A stretch of 64,000 nt of DNA from Malacoraja senta (Eukaryota), in assembly GCA_038087875.1 (NCBI GenBank), contig JAXLNO010004179.1, positions 124,001 to 188,000 of the forward strand, in the 5' to 3' direction. This document shows positions 39,912-53,028 of this stretch, piece after piece. The notes beneath the pieces were generated by a model. It was not told where the DNA came from, did no database searches, and saw only the letters and a list, made by a program, of their open reading frames with translations. A program made the position numbers and the translations under genes. Numbering within the stretch: position 1 is the first letter of the stretch; every line of letters begins with the position of its first letter.

Positions 39912-40070
39912 ATGCATTTAAATAGCACCTGTCAAGCACAAAATGCCCAAAACATTTTTACAGACAACACTTTTTAAATTATAGTGAATGTTATAATTTG
40001 AGAAGTCTGGAAACCAATTAGCATACACCAACTTCCCACAGACAACATTACAGGGATCAGATAATTTATG
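39912..40070 (-). mobile_element. Deu-domain SINE 3' remnant
   Basis: Reverse strand AATTATCTG...TGTCTGTGGGAAGTTGGTGTATGCTAATTGG...GGTGCTATTTAAATGCA matches the DeuSINE 3' part. Confidence 0.5.
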
Positions 40071-43000
40071 CATAAATTAATTCTAGATTCTAAGGACCTT
40101 TTTAATTCACTAAGTTTAGAAAATGAAGGATATCTTTATCAGGATTAATGAGGAAAAAAGACAAAACATTAAATAATAACTGCATTTAAAAGCTATATCC
40201 ATCCAAGAGAACACTTGCCCACACTCCCTACACCTTGGTTTGTCTATATTTCCCCCCTCGTCCATTCCCAGTATCTGAGAGAAAATGGCCTCTGATCCTG
40301 GCCTACGATGTGCATATTATGGAACCTGATTCAGATTGCCCCAAAATCCATTTTCCATCTCTTTCCACATTGACATCTCTTCATCTTTACTCAATTGCTA
40401 GCCCAGCATTGTGACTAAATTTGAAGATGCTAATGAGAGATAACACAGCAAAACCCATTTTGCACTGGCTTATAAGGTTCTCCATCATACTGCCATTTTC
40501 ATTTTTGAAATAGTGAGCCTTGTTAAATTGTTAGCACATGGTTCAGTTATGTTATTGTGATGCTATCCCACAAAACACACTGCTCCACAACAGGGTAACT
40601 ATTGTCTATAAACCAGTTGTGTACACCAGTACATACCAGTTGTGTGTATTAGGGGTGATAAAAGTATGACACTGTTCGGGGGAAGGGTGGGGGAAGAAAA
40701 ATGTAAATTTCATATTTACTTGAACTAAGCAAATACAAGACGGCCACCCACAAGTAAAGGACACAAAACACATGTTTAGTTCAGAATATTTTTTTTCTTA
40801 ATGGTGGCTAAATACTCTAACCAAGTAATTAATGGGTGAGTTTGTGAGAAGCATGTAGCCCAGGCAATAGGGTAACTAATGTCAAAGGATATTAAAATCA
40901 ATGCTGCCTTCCTTTTGACCATTGTGATCATAGTAGATCAAGACAACATAGACAGAGGCTCATTGCAAAGCAGCTGCTGGAGCCAAACAAGAGTGAGTTC
41001 TGTTGATTCCTCTGCTACAGTCCTACATGAACTGTTTCTTCGTTGATGTCAAGTGCTAGCACAATATCGCCGATGCTAATTCAAATTTGAATTTAGCGGG
41101 GCTGGGTGTTTGGAGAGATAATGTTCAATGATGCGCATTGATGTACTCAACCAAATCATGATTATTGATATTCAGTGACACTCTCATGAGATTTACATGT
41201 GACAAAAATTCAAAATGTAGCACCCGTCATGCTGCATCTAAAATCCAGGTTGTGTAGCATGACCTTTTGCATTTAACACGGTATTTTTCCTATCCATTTA
41301 ATATGATGCACCTCAATTATATTTACTTTTTGGTGTATAAAATGTACTTACTTTTCTTTATAATATACAACCTTACCAATTTTTTAGATTCAGTTTTTTT
41401 TTGTTTATAATCAGCGAACAAGGTTCAATTGCACTTTTCCACAAATATTTATTGTATTCAACTACTTTTTTCTATCTGCAGAATAAATTACACTTTCAAT
41501 CTATTATTTAACTGGCATTCACTGCTGTCTGGAGTGCCTCCACATCCAGGATAAAAGGGGGGCAAATGAGCTGAAAAAGAATTGAGGCTTAGTGTGGTGT
41601 AAAGTTTGTGAGGGGAATATTATGTTCCAAACACAACCTACATTCTTCCTACATTCTACAAGGCAAAGAATCCCTTGGACAAACTAGTTGTTGAAATACT
41701 CTTCACTACCCTTTGCAAATTGTACTTTTCAAAACTGATGTAGAATAGGGATTGTTTGAATGACCAATCAACCAGAGGTGGAACTATAAAACACAACCAT
41801 TTTTTGAATGCCTTCGTCAACCTTTTATTGTAAGTGGGTTAATTTACTCTTTTCAACAAGAAAAGGAAAAAAAAACTTTCTGCAGAACAACAGGTCAGGA
41901 AGAACATTACGTTCAGTGTCTAAATAAGATTGTGTAGATAAAACTTTTGCTAATATAGGAAAGGTTTATTCAACTTTTTAATAAAATGCAGATTCATCTC
42001 CCAATATATTTATAATAGCACTATTGATCTCCCACTACTTGTGTTTGTTTCTAAACGATTCTCATTTGTTTCTGCATTCAAACTTCCAGGATTTCCTTCT
42101 TGTTTTCAGTGTAACTTTTTACAGCTCATGGAAACTTTCACAAACATGTCCATGCTTTCTGTTTTGTTTTCTGAGAATAAAGATTAAAGCAATCAATATG
42201 TCCTCCCTGTGTTCTTGTTGATGCATCAAAAAGTTTTTCTAGTCCAAACATTTTCACTCTCTTCTATGTTCCACTTTTTTCAGCTACTGTTGTTACTTCA
42301 CAACATAACAATCATCTCCTGTTTAATGTTTCAAAAATATCTTAACCTCTTCCTTGCTGTTGTTTCATTTTACAACATATATTGCCAAATCCTTTGTTTC
42401 AGCTTTCACACGCCACAATGTCTGAAAATGACCTGCCTAAAGCAACACTCTCCAGTACCACAAAGTGAATGTTGAAGTTCAAGTATCTTCAGAAGTGTTC
42501 CAAGCAAGGCATTTGATCAAAGATGCTGCTGCGTCCAGCATGGCTCACAATCCACCCCTCAGTCACCCTGATGGTGGAGTAACAGAAATCTTACATATCG
42601 TTGCAGCACAAGTCAATTGAAGCTTTGTGCAGAGAGCCTAATACGTCAGCACCACTGTTTCACTCACCCTGTTTGCCATATAAAATGTCCAGGAAAGAAT
42701 GAGCAGTCCCATTAATTGTATCATTATGTAGCTAATTTGCTCTCCCTTTAATCCTTTTTTAAGTTGAATTTACAATGAAAAGAAATAAGTAAAAGTAAAA
42801 TCCAAAACATTCACAACTCCAACACTTGTTTGAATTGAGCCAACTTTACTGAGCCAGTTACCATGTGCTTGTTAACTCCTCGAAAGATAATTTAAAAAAT
42901 ATGTATGTTTTGTTGAAGAAAAACTAGGTCCAACTAACATTTACTTTGTAAAACTGCAATTCTTTCCAACATCAACTTGATTATCAAAATCACATGGCAA

Positions 43001-43092
43001 TAGGAGTGAAACTGATCAAACCATCAATTAAAGGTGGAATCAATAGTCAAGTACCAATTTGGGGTTTGCATGTAAAATGGATGAGTGAAAGG

Positions 43093-43098
43093 ACTCAC
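43093..43098 (-). other. pcdh19: 5' splice donor (GTGAGT) opening a >43-kb pcdh19 intron
   Basis: Minus strand reads CCAGAG|GTGAGT exactly after LPE, where PCDH19 homology stops and where vertebrate PCDH19 has an exon boundary. Confidence 0.9.
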
Positions 43099-45588
43099 CT
43101 CTGGAAGGGGCATCCCGTTGATGATGAGGTCTGGCTGTTGTTGGGAGCTCTGGGTGTTAGTGAAAGTGTGATACACGTGGTTTCCACTGGCGTTCCTGGA
43201 GTTCTGATTCTCCACATTTAGAAAGGTAGCCTCCGACCTGCGACAACCCAAGGGCAGAGTTTGCTGGTGGTAGTCGAAGTAGTTCAGGGAGGAGGTGAGG
43301 GAAGAGCAGCTGACCACGTTCATTTTATCAGTCTCCTCCATGTCTCTGGGCACGAGCCTGATATCATTCTTGTTGATCTTATTCTTTTTCTTCGGTTTCT
43401 TCTGCTGTCCATAAGAATACTCCGCCACCCTACAGTTGTAAGTCCTGATCTCCTTATTGTCTCGCTTGCACTTGACTGCTACAAAGATCATGGTCACGAA
43501 AAGGATTGCAGCGATGGACCCCAAGGCGATGATGAAGATTAACGATAGGTTCAGGGACCCTGTCGACTCCTGGGCATCTAAGCCAGGGGAGAGATAGACG
43601 GCGACCAAGGCAGTGGCGGAGAGGGCAGACTTGCCGTGGTCCTGCGCCACCACGATCAGTTCATAACTGATCTCGGCCCCGTCTCCGAAACTTCTGGTGG
43701 TCCTGATTTCCCCACTCGTTTGATCCATCTCGAAGAAACCTCGGTCACCATCCACGATGCCGTAGGTCAAGCGGCCGTTGTCGCCTTCGTCGTAGTCGTC
43801 AGCTTTGACCACTGTCACCAAGTAGCCAGAGCCGACGTTCCTGGGGATGTAGACATCGGTGGTGCCATTGACCAAAGGCGGCGCCGTGATAATGGGCACA
43901 TTGTCATTGACGTCCAGGACAAACACCTTCACCGTGCTGTTGCTCTCCAGGGCGGGCGTACCCCCATCTTTGGCCATGACCTTAAACTCGAACGACCGGG
44001 TCTGCTCGTAGTTGAAGGACCTGAGTGCGTATACGTCTCCCGAGGTGGGGTTGATGGACACGTAGGTGAAGACGGGCATGTCCCTCACCTGCGACGGGAC
44101 TATCTGGTAGGAGACGCTGCCGTTCAGCCCCAAATCTACGTCCCTGGCGGACACGGAGAGGAGGTGCGAGCCGGGGGTGTTGTTCTCCCGCACGCTGACC
44201 TGGTAGAAAGGCTTGGTGAAGTGAGGAGGGTTGTCGTTCTCGTCCGTGATGCGGACGGTGAAGGACTTGGTGGATTGGAGCGAGGGGGAGCCGCCGTCCT
44301 TGGCCTGGATGGTCAGGTTGTAGAAGTCCCTCTGCTCCCGGTCCAACCTCCCATCCACCAGGATGGTGTAGAAGCTCTCGTACTCCTGCAGTTTGAACGG
44401 GACGGCGCCCAACAGTTCGCACTGGACTCTGCCGTTGGCGCCGGAGTCCTGGTCGGAGACTCGCACCAGGCCGATTACGTAGCCGGGAGGAGCGACCTCG
44501 CTCACCTCCACCGTCTCACTGTTGACCGAGAACAGAGTGATGACCGGCACATTGTCGTTCACGTCCACCACGTTCACCGTCACCTTGCAGTGGGCCGGGA
44601 TGGAGTTGGGTCCCAGGTCCTTCGCCTGCACGTCGATCTCGTAGATGCTCCCCTCCTCGTAGTCGAGGTTGCCCTTCACCGTGATGGCCCCGGTCCGGGG
44701 CTCCAGTTTGAAGAGTTGCCTGGTGTTGTCCGATACGTAACTGTTGAAGGAATAGACGATTACGCCGTTTGTCCCCTCGTCCGGGTCCGAGGCATTCAGG
44801 TCGATGACCAGCGAGTTGACCGGTGCGTTCTCCAGCACATTGACCGTGTAAGTGGTTTGTTCAAACACCGGGTAGTTGTCGTTGGAGTCGATGACTTTAA
44901 CGTTGAGTTGGGCCGTGCCCAGGTTAGGTGGTTTGCCCCCGTCCAGGGCCGTGATCATGTAGCTGTAGTGAGACTGGACCTCCCTGTCCAGAGCTTTCTC
45001 CACCACCAGCTCGGCAAAGCGGGAGCCGTCCCCCCGACTCTTGATTTCCAGCCCGAACAGTTCGTTGGGCGTTATCTGGTAGGTCTGCACTCCGAAATCG
45101 CCCGAGTCAGGGTCGTAGGCGCTCTCCAGGGGGATCCTGGTGCCCGGGCTGGCCGTTTCCGAGATCTCCAGGTCGATCTGCTCGGTGGGGAAGCTGGGCG
45201 AGTTGTCGTTGATGTCCAGGATCTCCACCTTGACCACACAGATCTCCATGGAATTGACCATCTCCTCCAGCGAAATCACGCATTTGCTGTTCTGGCCGCA
45301 CAGCAGGTCTCGGTCGATCTTCTGCTTGGTTACCAGCAGCCCACTGACCGGGTTGATCTCCAGCAGATGCGGCGCTGAGTTGGACAGGACGCGGAAAACA
45401 GGCACCGGCTGCTCCCAAGTTGAGAAGCCAGCGTCTTTCGCTATGTTTCCGATCACTGTCCCGGCTCTCTCCTCTTCCACCACCGAGTATTTCAAATTAA
45501 TCACAGCAGCGGCCCGAGCCCAGAAGAGCAGCACAATCAGCAACATCAAACCCATGCCCGAGCGGTACCTGTTGATTTCTGGATTCAT
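43099..45588 (-). CDS. pcdh19: Protocadherin-19 (delta-2 protocadherin), first coding exon: signal peptide, EC1-EC6, TM helix, proximal cytoplasmic region; spliced to downstream exons outside this window
   Basis: The ORF 43024..45636 encodes [24 protein letters not shown]...[29 protein letters not shown], cadherin Ca-binding motifs (DRE, DxNDNxP, DxD), [27 protein letters not shown] and tail [13 protein letters not shown]...[47 protein letters not shown]...[13 protein letters not shown], all characteristic of PCDH19. First ATG is at 45588; an alternative strong-Kozak ATG is at 45555. Donor GAG|GTGAGT at 43099/43098. Confidence 0.96.
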
Positions 45589-46550
45589 CACAAACGGCTT
45601 CGCGAGGCTGGCATGATGGAAAACAACGACACACAAATCCTCACCGTCCCTCTACAGAAGCAATACACGGACAGACACGGAGACGCGCCGACACATTTCC
45701 ATTCACCTTGCACTTATCCTCAATAAAGTATTTTACGAAAAGGAGCACGGGTCGTGTGGTTTCCCGCTGCAAGCTCCAGAAACTGGTGTGCGTAGAAAAC
45801 CTTGCTCCTCCTATTCGTGCAGCACTTACCTCAGCACCCAACCGTGTCCAGATCTACAGAGAGGTTGCATGCTGCGGCAGGAGGTTTAATTTGGATTCAG
45901 ATCTCAACCCGGAGCTGTTTTATTCCGACCGAAGTTTATTTTGGATCATGCATTCTTCGCAGGTAGAAGGAGCTGTGGGTTGGGAGCCGCTGCTGCCGGC
46001 TGCCGCGGGTCCGACCTCGCCGCGCTGCAATTGCAAAGTGCAACTGGAGAGTGGCGTCTCCGCTCGGTGCGGGCTGAGTCCCGGGACCAGTCCACCCACA
46101 GCCAATGAGAGCCGAATGCAGAGCTTGATCGGCAGCTTCAAATTAACAAGTTCTTTTCAACATTCTCTGGAGCTGAGAGGAGAAGCCGCCACTCCTGTGG
46201 TTCCATCGCGGAAGGTGGAGCCTGTGATGCGTGACTGAGTGGGAAAGGGAGCGAGCATCTATCTGTGTGATGAGGGTGCGTTTGAGTATGTGGTGAACGC
46301 TGTTTTTCTATCACTGTGGCTCTTAGGGTGGATGGCTGTGTGTGAACGTGATTTGTGTGAGTGGGTGAGGGTGTACATGTGTGTACGTGAGAACGCGTGC
46401 TAGCCCGAGCTTGCCTGTATGTGTGCAAAAACAAAAATAAATCAAGTTGCAGATAGCATAGAATTGGACACAATTGTATCCCCCTTTCAAAGAGCCACTT
46501 CGTTAACAGACCAAAAATAAAACAAATGGAATTCATTCTTGGTTCCTTGA
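45589..46550 (-). promoter_or_regulatory. pcdh19: pcdh19 5' UTR / proximal promoter region, CpG-rich
   Basis: Repeat-free, CpG-dense sequence directly upstream of the ATG and contiguous with the CpG-rich exon. The TSS cannot be determined from sequence alone. Confidence 0.55.
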
Positions 46551-48549
46551 AGGACTTTTAGTCTCATTAAAGGGTTGAGAAGTGGAGATTACCATGAATG
46601 TGATCTAAAGGTTCAATTTGTAAAGACCAGTAAAATCGCGCTGTTTAAATGCCGCAATTATAACCTGTATTAAGAGCAGACAGTGTCCATTTGCCGCTTT
46701 TAATCGCCTCATGAGCCGCAAAAAAATCAGTGTTATTGGACATTAATCCACATAAATGAAAAACCGACATCTCCAACTTACAACCGTATTAAATGTTGCC
46801 CGCGCGTCTCAGTACTCGGATTTCTGGAGTCTTTGAGCAGAATCTGTGTGTGCGCATCGAAGGGTGGGGGGGTAGAAGAGGGGCAGTGCCCCTCTGACCC
46901 CACTACCACCCAACAAAGCAATTAGTTCAGAGGTCGGACTCCAGACTGTCGGCATTCAGCTCCTTGTGCAAGAAAGTCGTTCTCTGCCACCAAGTCACCG
47001 AGGACCAGCATTCTCCATGCCCAGATAGAAACAAGAGCTGCTTTAAACATATGCGAACCGATGGTTAACTTGCATTGAACCCACTGTCGGAGTTGCAACC
47101 GAAATGATTCAGTAAGGTTTTTTTTCACGACGCTCAATGAGTTTATTTACTTTGTTAATATGTACGTTGATAGCATTCTGTGGTTGAAATCTGTCCGAAC
47201 TAGTGATCGATAAAACTGAAGTGGCGCCTGTAATATTTGATGGAGTACCAGAATACAGTCTGAATGAGATTCTGTGCTATTAACAATCCCCCAGGTAAAT
47301 TGAAATGGAGGAAAGATTCAGGTAAAATTATTAACGTTGTAATGGCTCTCATATTAAATCATTCGGCGACAGACGACAAGACAACACACATCAGCCGAAT
47401 CGTGTTACCCCGGGGAAGACTAAATAGGATGCCTATCTCTCGCTGTCTTTTACGGCTAAATAATAGGAAATTCACAGCCAAGTCGTATTTCGTTATTTCT
47501 ATCACTGCAGCCGCCAGGAGAGTCAAAACGAAGATTTTTTAAAAAATTTAAAAAAGGACAAAATTCCTCAAATCGAGCGCGCACCTTTCTTGTAACAAGA
47601 TAGCTCCTTGCAGAAGGAGTGGACATGCTGTCCAATGTGGCACATGTGAGTTGTGATTAATCACAGTGGAAGTATCCGAATGCAATGCGACCTGGTTAGT
47701 GAAACAGAAAGTAAATGCACTTGTGTAAACTGAGACATTCATCCGAGACATCAGCCTGCAAAGTGCATTGTGAGCCGGGCCAATGTGAGAGCGCTGCCGG
47801 CATTAACAATTTGTTTACTGGATCGGCAGAGGCCATGCGGTGTGAATTTCATCGGGTCCGCATAACCTCTCATCCGTCTGTTAAATACAATCCCCGAGAT
47901 TTGCAATGCAAACTTCAGGGATAGCCGGGGGGGGGGGTTATCTGATAGTTGTGCAGCGACATTTGCGTTCAGTCATTCGGGCTGCTTTGTGAACAGGGTC
48001 GATGCGAACAGTGAGCAGCTACTGTCACCATCCTGAAAGGCGTCCTCGTTGGATCTGGCACTCAAGCCACACGTCCAGGGAGAGTCAAGAGTGTCCATGG
48101 TTATTTGAGCCAATATTACATCGAATACGGCGATGACATGCGAAATAAATTATTATGATTAATTAGATTACATAATTATTTAATTGAATCCATGTCTAAA
48201 ACTCCTTTATTAATATACATTGTCTTGAGCAGTGGAAAGGTCTGAGAGAATTAACTTCACTAGCGCCACTCAGTGGGCGAATTGAAAGGAATTTTATGAA
48301 CCCGATCAAGGGGACAAGAAGCAGTTGAACGCAAAATAACTCTGCTACCTATTGGGCAATCACGAGAGAATGGTTTCTCAGATACATGTTTGACAAACGT
48401 ACATCGTTTTGCATTTCACGTGTAAGTTCGCTGAAAATCATAATATTTGATGCTTTGATAATGAAATGTCTGATGTTCCACTTGTAGGTTTGCATTCAGG
48501 TATTTGGTTTCCCCACCCCTCCTTACTGAGCTCAGTTGTTAAAACAAAG

Positions 48550-51250
48550 GATAAAATACTGCAGGCAGGGAAAATCTGAAATAAAAACAGTATCGGAAGT
48601 ACTCAAGAGGTCGGGTAGCCCCCGTGGAGAGTGAAAGTTAATGCTCGGGATGTTATTAAGCTGTGAAGTCAAGGTATTCCATTAATTACATCTCCTCCCA
48701 CCCTGTCTCTTGTAAAGATGCCATTTATTTCTCTCAGTTTCTCCGCCTGTTCCTCATCTGTTCTTTTGACGAGGCCTGGAATGTCCTCCTCCTTTGGGAA
48801 ACCAAGTTCATCCCGCCTCACACACACATACAAACTTTGGTTGGTGGTGCTCTCAGTCACACCTCCATTTCATCGAAACATAGAAAATAGGTGCAGGAGT
48901 TGGCCCTTCGAGCCTGCACCACCATTCAATATGATCATGGCTGATCATCCAACTCAGTATCCCGTACCTGCCTTCTCTCCATACCCCCTGATCCCCTTAG
49001 CCACAAGGGCCACATCTAACTCCCTCTTAAATATAGCCAATGAACTGGCCTCAACTACCTTCTGTGGCAGAGAATTCCAGAGATTCACCACTCTCTGCGT
49101 GAAAAATGTTTTTCTCATCTCGGTCCTAAAAGACTTCTCCCTTATCCTTAAACTGTGACCCCTTGTTCTGGACTTCCCATAATCTGGAACAATCTTCCTG
49201 CATCTAGCCTGTCCAACCCCTTAAGAATTTTGTAAGTTTCTATAAAACCCCCCCTCAATCTTCTAAATTCTAGCGAGTACAAGCTGAGTCTATCCAGTCT
49301 TTCTTCATGTGAAAGTCCTGACATCCCAGGAATCAGTCTGGTGAACCTACTCTGAACTCCCTCTATGGCAAGCATGTCTTTCCTCAAATTAGGAGAACAA
49401 AACTACGCAATACTCCAGGTGTGGTCTCACCAAGACCCTGTACAACTGCAGTAGAACCTCCCTGCTCCTATACTCAAATCCTTTTGCTATGAATGCTAAC
49501 ATACCATTCGCTTTCTTCACTGCCTGCTGCACCTGCATGCCTACTTTCAATGACTGGTGTACCATGACACCCAGGTCTCATTGCATCTCCCCTTTTCCTA
49601 ATCGGCCACCATTCAGATAATAGTCTACTTTCCTGTTCTTGCCACCAAAGTGGATAACCTCACATTTATCCACATTATACTGCATCTGCCATGCATTTGC
49701 CCACTCACCCAACCTATCCAAGTCACCTTGCAGCCTCCTAGCATCCTCCTCACAGCTAACACTGCCCCCCAGCTTCATGTCATCCGCAAACTTGGAGATG
49801 TTGCATTCAATTCCTTCGTCCAAATCATTAATATATGTTGTAAATAGCTGGGGTCCCAGCACCGAGCCTTGCGGTACCCCATTAGTCACTGCCTGCCATT
49901 CTGAAAAGGACCCGTTTACTCCTTTGCTTCCTGTTTGCCAGCCAGTTCTCTATCCACATCAATACTGAACCCCCAATACCGTGTGCTTTAAGTTTGCATA
50001 CTAATCTCTTATGTGGGACCTTGTCGAAAGCCTTCTGAAAGTCCAGATATACCACATCCACTGGTTCTCCCTTATGCACTCTACTAATTACATCCTCGAA
50101 AAATTCTATAAGATTCATCAGACATGATTTACCTTTCATAAATCCATGCTGACTTTGTCCAATGATTTCCTGTAATCTGCTCTCATCCTGCCTCCCCTGG
50201 ACAGAATAGGGTTCCCTTGGTCCTCGGCTTGTACCCATTAACATTTGAACGGAGCACATCATTCTTTGATATTTCTCCCAGTTGCAAAGCGATCTCCCCA
50301 TCTGTCTCATTCCTCCCCCTCTTTCTGATTTCTGCAGACAACTCTCTCCTTGATTCATTGGTTCCCTCATCCTCCCCCTCCACCGGAACTCTCCCGTGCA
50401 ACAATAGGAGATGCAACACTTGTCCCTATATCTCCACGCTCACCACTATCCAGGCAGACAAACAGCATGTGAAGATGTGGAATGGATTCACGTGCACCTC
50501 CTGCAACCTCATCTGTTATAGATGCTTTCTCTGTGGCCTACTATACATCAGTGACCATCGACGCTTTGCCAAGCACCTACACGCTGTCCGCAATGTTCAC
50601 CTTGAACTCCTAATTGCAAGCCGCTTCAATTCCCCTCCCCATTCCCACCCTGACCTTTTTGTCCTCTGCCCCCACTGCCAGGGTGAGGCCAAACATAACC
50701 AAGAGGGACAGTACCTCATATTCTGCCTTGGTGGTCTAATGGCATGAACATCGAATGCTCTAATTTCAGTTACGGTAATTTTCTCCTTTTAGTCTCTTTA
50801 GCCACTCAGATCCTCTTCACCCTTCTTTCACACAACACCTATCCCCCTCTCACGCAGCGTCTTCTCCACCCAGTCCATCTGCCAATCACCAACTTGTGTC
50901 CCAATAGTTCCCCTGTACCAGCCGTTTTCATCTGCCCACCCAACCTCCCTCTTTGGTCCCCCACAGATTCCATCAAGTGTAGCCCATGATCCCTCACCTA
51001 TCACATCCCAACCTCTGTTGTTGTTACCTCTGCCCCTCTCTCCCCCACACCTGACCACATCCACCAATCCATCCCTCCCTACCTGGGTCCACTATCAACT
51101 GATAGCTTTTGCCCCACCCTCCTCACCTCTTTGTGTAGCCTATCTCCCTTCCACTCTTTCAGTCCAGAGGAAGGGATTTTACCCGAAACATCAACAATCC
51201 ATTTCCCTCCACAGATACTGCCTGACCTGCTGAGTTTCTTGTTTTTTGCT
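48550..51250 (+). mobile_element. Decayed Penelope-like (Neptune-type) retroelement: inverted 5' pLTR, RT C-terminus, Cys-linker + GIY-YIG endonuclease, 3' pLTR with HHR; interrupted by CR1
   Basis: YISSHPVSCKDAIYFSQFLRL (48680-48770); CNNRRCNTCPYI...FTCTSCNLICYRCFLCGLLYI...RFAKHL...HSHPDL (50390-50660); CAGAGGAAGGGATTTTACCCGAAACATC at about 51164-51191; inverted pLTR remnant at 48555-48650. Confidence 0.8.
48876..50170 (-). mobile_element. CR1 LINE (RT domain to 3' end), 5'-truncated, nested in the Penelope element
   Basis: SQHGFMKGKSCL...YLDFQKAFDKVPH, GVPQGSVLGP...KFADD, RFTRLIPG; tail CCTGCACCTATTTTCTATGTTTC. Confidence 0.92.
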
Positions 51251-52910
51251 TGGGCAGTTTGTCAGTGAGTTCCAGTTGATTTGATTTTTTTTTTTTTTTA
51301 ATAGCATTAATAAGAAATGTGAAGTTATTTCTAACTTCTTAGGCAACTGATGATATTGAAGTTAGGAAAAAAAATGTTTTTATTGCTTTAGTTGGCTTCA
51401 ATGCTTTGCAAGAATCTGACTTCATGATTGCCAAAACACAGTTTACATGATACACGGTAAAGAAGAAGGCTGACCGACTCTCACCTCTGCGTTATGTTTG
51501 GACAGTGATTTGGCAAAAAAATGATCCAAAAAAATCTGGGGAATATAAAAGAAAAATAGTGGGCTCCAGTGAGCCACTGCAGCACCATTGATTGCTACAA
51601 GACGAGGGAGACCTGGAGAGATTCTTGATTTGGATCGGGTTTCACGTTCCCAACAGATTATATTGACACATGAAGGATGCAGAAGCCCAACTGGAGCAAT
51701 TTTTAAATCCTTTCAAAACACGTGTACAAAAAAAAAATCTGTCATGAATTTCTTGACAGTGCTGCAGGCAAGCTATGTGACATTTTTAGCTCTGTGTGTG
51801 ATAACAGGATTCACAAAACGTGAATATTGCCTGCCATGAAAAGTATATGAAAGACTAAGTTATACTAATGTGCTTTCAATGAAGTTATGATTTGTTTGGG
51901 GGAAAGAGTTCAATTAATCCTAGATGAAGTCTTGTAAGTGGGCTTTTTACAGCTGGGAACAGACTTCAGTTTTGCAACAATTGAAATAAATGACCATATG
52001 TTATTACTGGAATAATTTACAATGGTATTTTGCTTTAAAAATGTTTGAATGAGCAACGCTGCTGCCTGCATGCGAGACCATCATTAACCTGGGTGTTTCA
52101 CTACCGATTTATCTGTCAGTTGGTTACCCCTCACTTCATCTGTGATTTATGAGTTTATTTTAATTGTGCTATGGGTGCCAGTATTTTTTGTGTGGATCTA
52201 ATCTTAATTTAATACATATTGTTTTTTTTTAGTTTTGGTCTGTTTGCTGTGCATCTACAAGGTTCATGTACTAATTCCTGGAGAAAGATGCGTGCCAGCT
52301 CAAAGCAGACTTGTGTGTCGCTTAATGTATGACAGTACAATAAGTGCTGATGCCACAAAAGTGATATTAAAATAAACAACAATTTCAATTGATCTGCCAG
52401 CTAATCTGGATGTTATCATTTACTATCTCCAATTTCATTATTTCTTAACTTTGTTTGCCTATTGTTACCCAAAATCCATAAACTATTCTGGTAGATAATT
52501 TATTTCAAATACTCTTCTTCTAGACTTTGTTCCTTCTTCATCTGTTTATATCTGTGGCTCTTCTGATGCACAGGCTCTTTTGAACATTTTTGGCACTGGT
52601 ACAACTTGCTATTTCACCATGAGTAGGGTTTAATTGACACCTCTCTCCAGATTACTTTTCCAAACAAGCCCCAACTAATCTCTTCCCTGCTTCGATAAAA
52701 CCAGTCCTATCAGTGACTGCTTTTTTAAAATCCTTGATTACACACATTTTCTCCAACTAGACCTTGCTGTTATTAGAACCTAACCTTTGGCCAAATACAT
52801 AAGCCTGTCAGATGTGTCCTTTGTTGTATTGGGAAAGGTACTGAATCTGCATTCTGTTTTTTGGTTTAACAAGGAAAATATTATTGATCGTATATCCAAT
52901 TACATAAATA

Positions 52911-53028
52911 AGGGTCTAGACCCAAAACATCACCTGTCCATGTTCTCAGAGATGCTGCCTGACCCAATAAGTTACACCAGCACTTTGTGTCCTTTGTGTA
53001 TTAGCCAGCATCTGCATTTCTTTGTTTC
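52911..53028 (+). mobile_element. pLTR-derived short element with 16-bp diverged TSD
   Basis: AGGGTCTAGACCCAAAACATCACC...; flanks TCCAATTACATAAATA (52895-52910) / TCCAATCACATTAATA (53029-53044). Confidence 0.75.

Noticed and set aside
43636-45378. 580-aa ORF on the + strand antisense to pcdh19
   Set aside because: Shadow ORF caused by GC-rich codon usage of the cadherin exon; it lacks an ATG start and has no recognisable domain.
45589-45636. N-terminal extension [10 protein letters not shown]... in the ORF track
   Set aside because: Starts at a non-ATG codon; the eukaryotic start is the ATG at 45588 or 45555, preceding the signal peptide.
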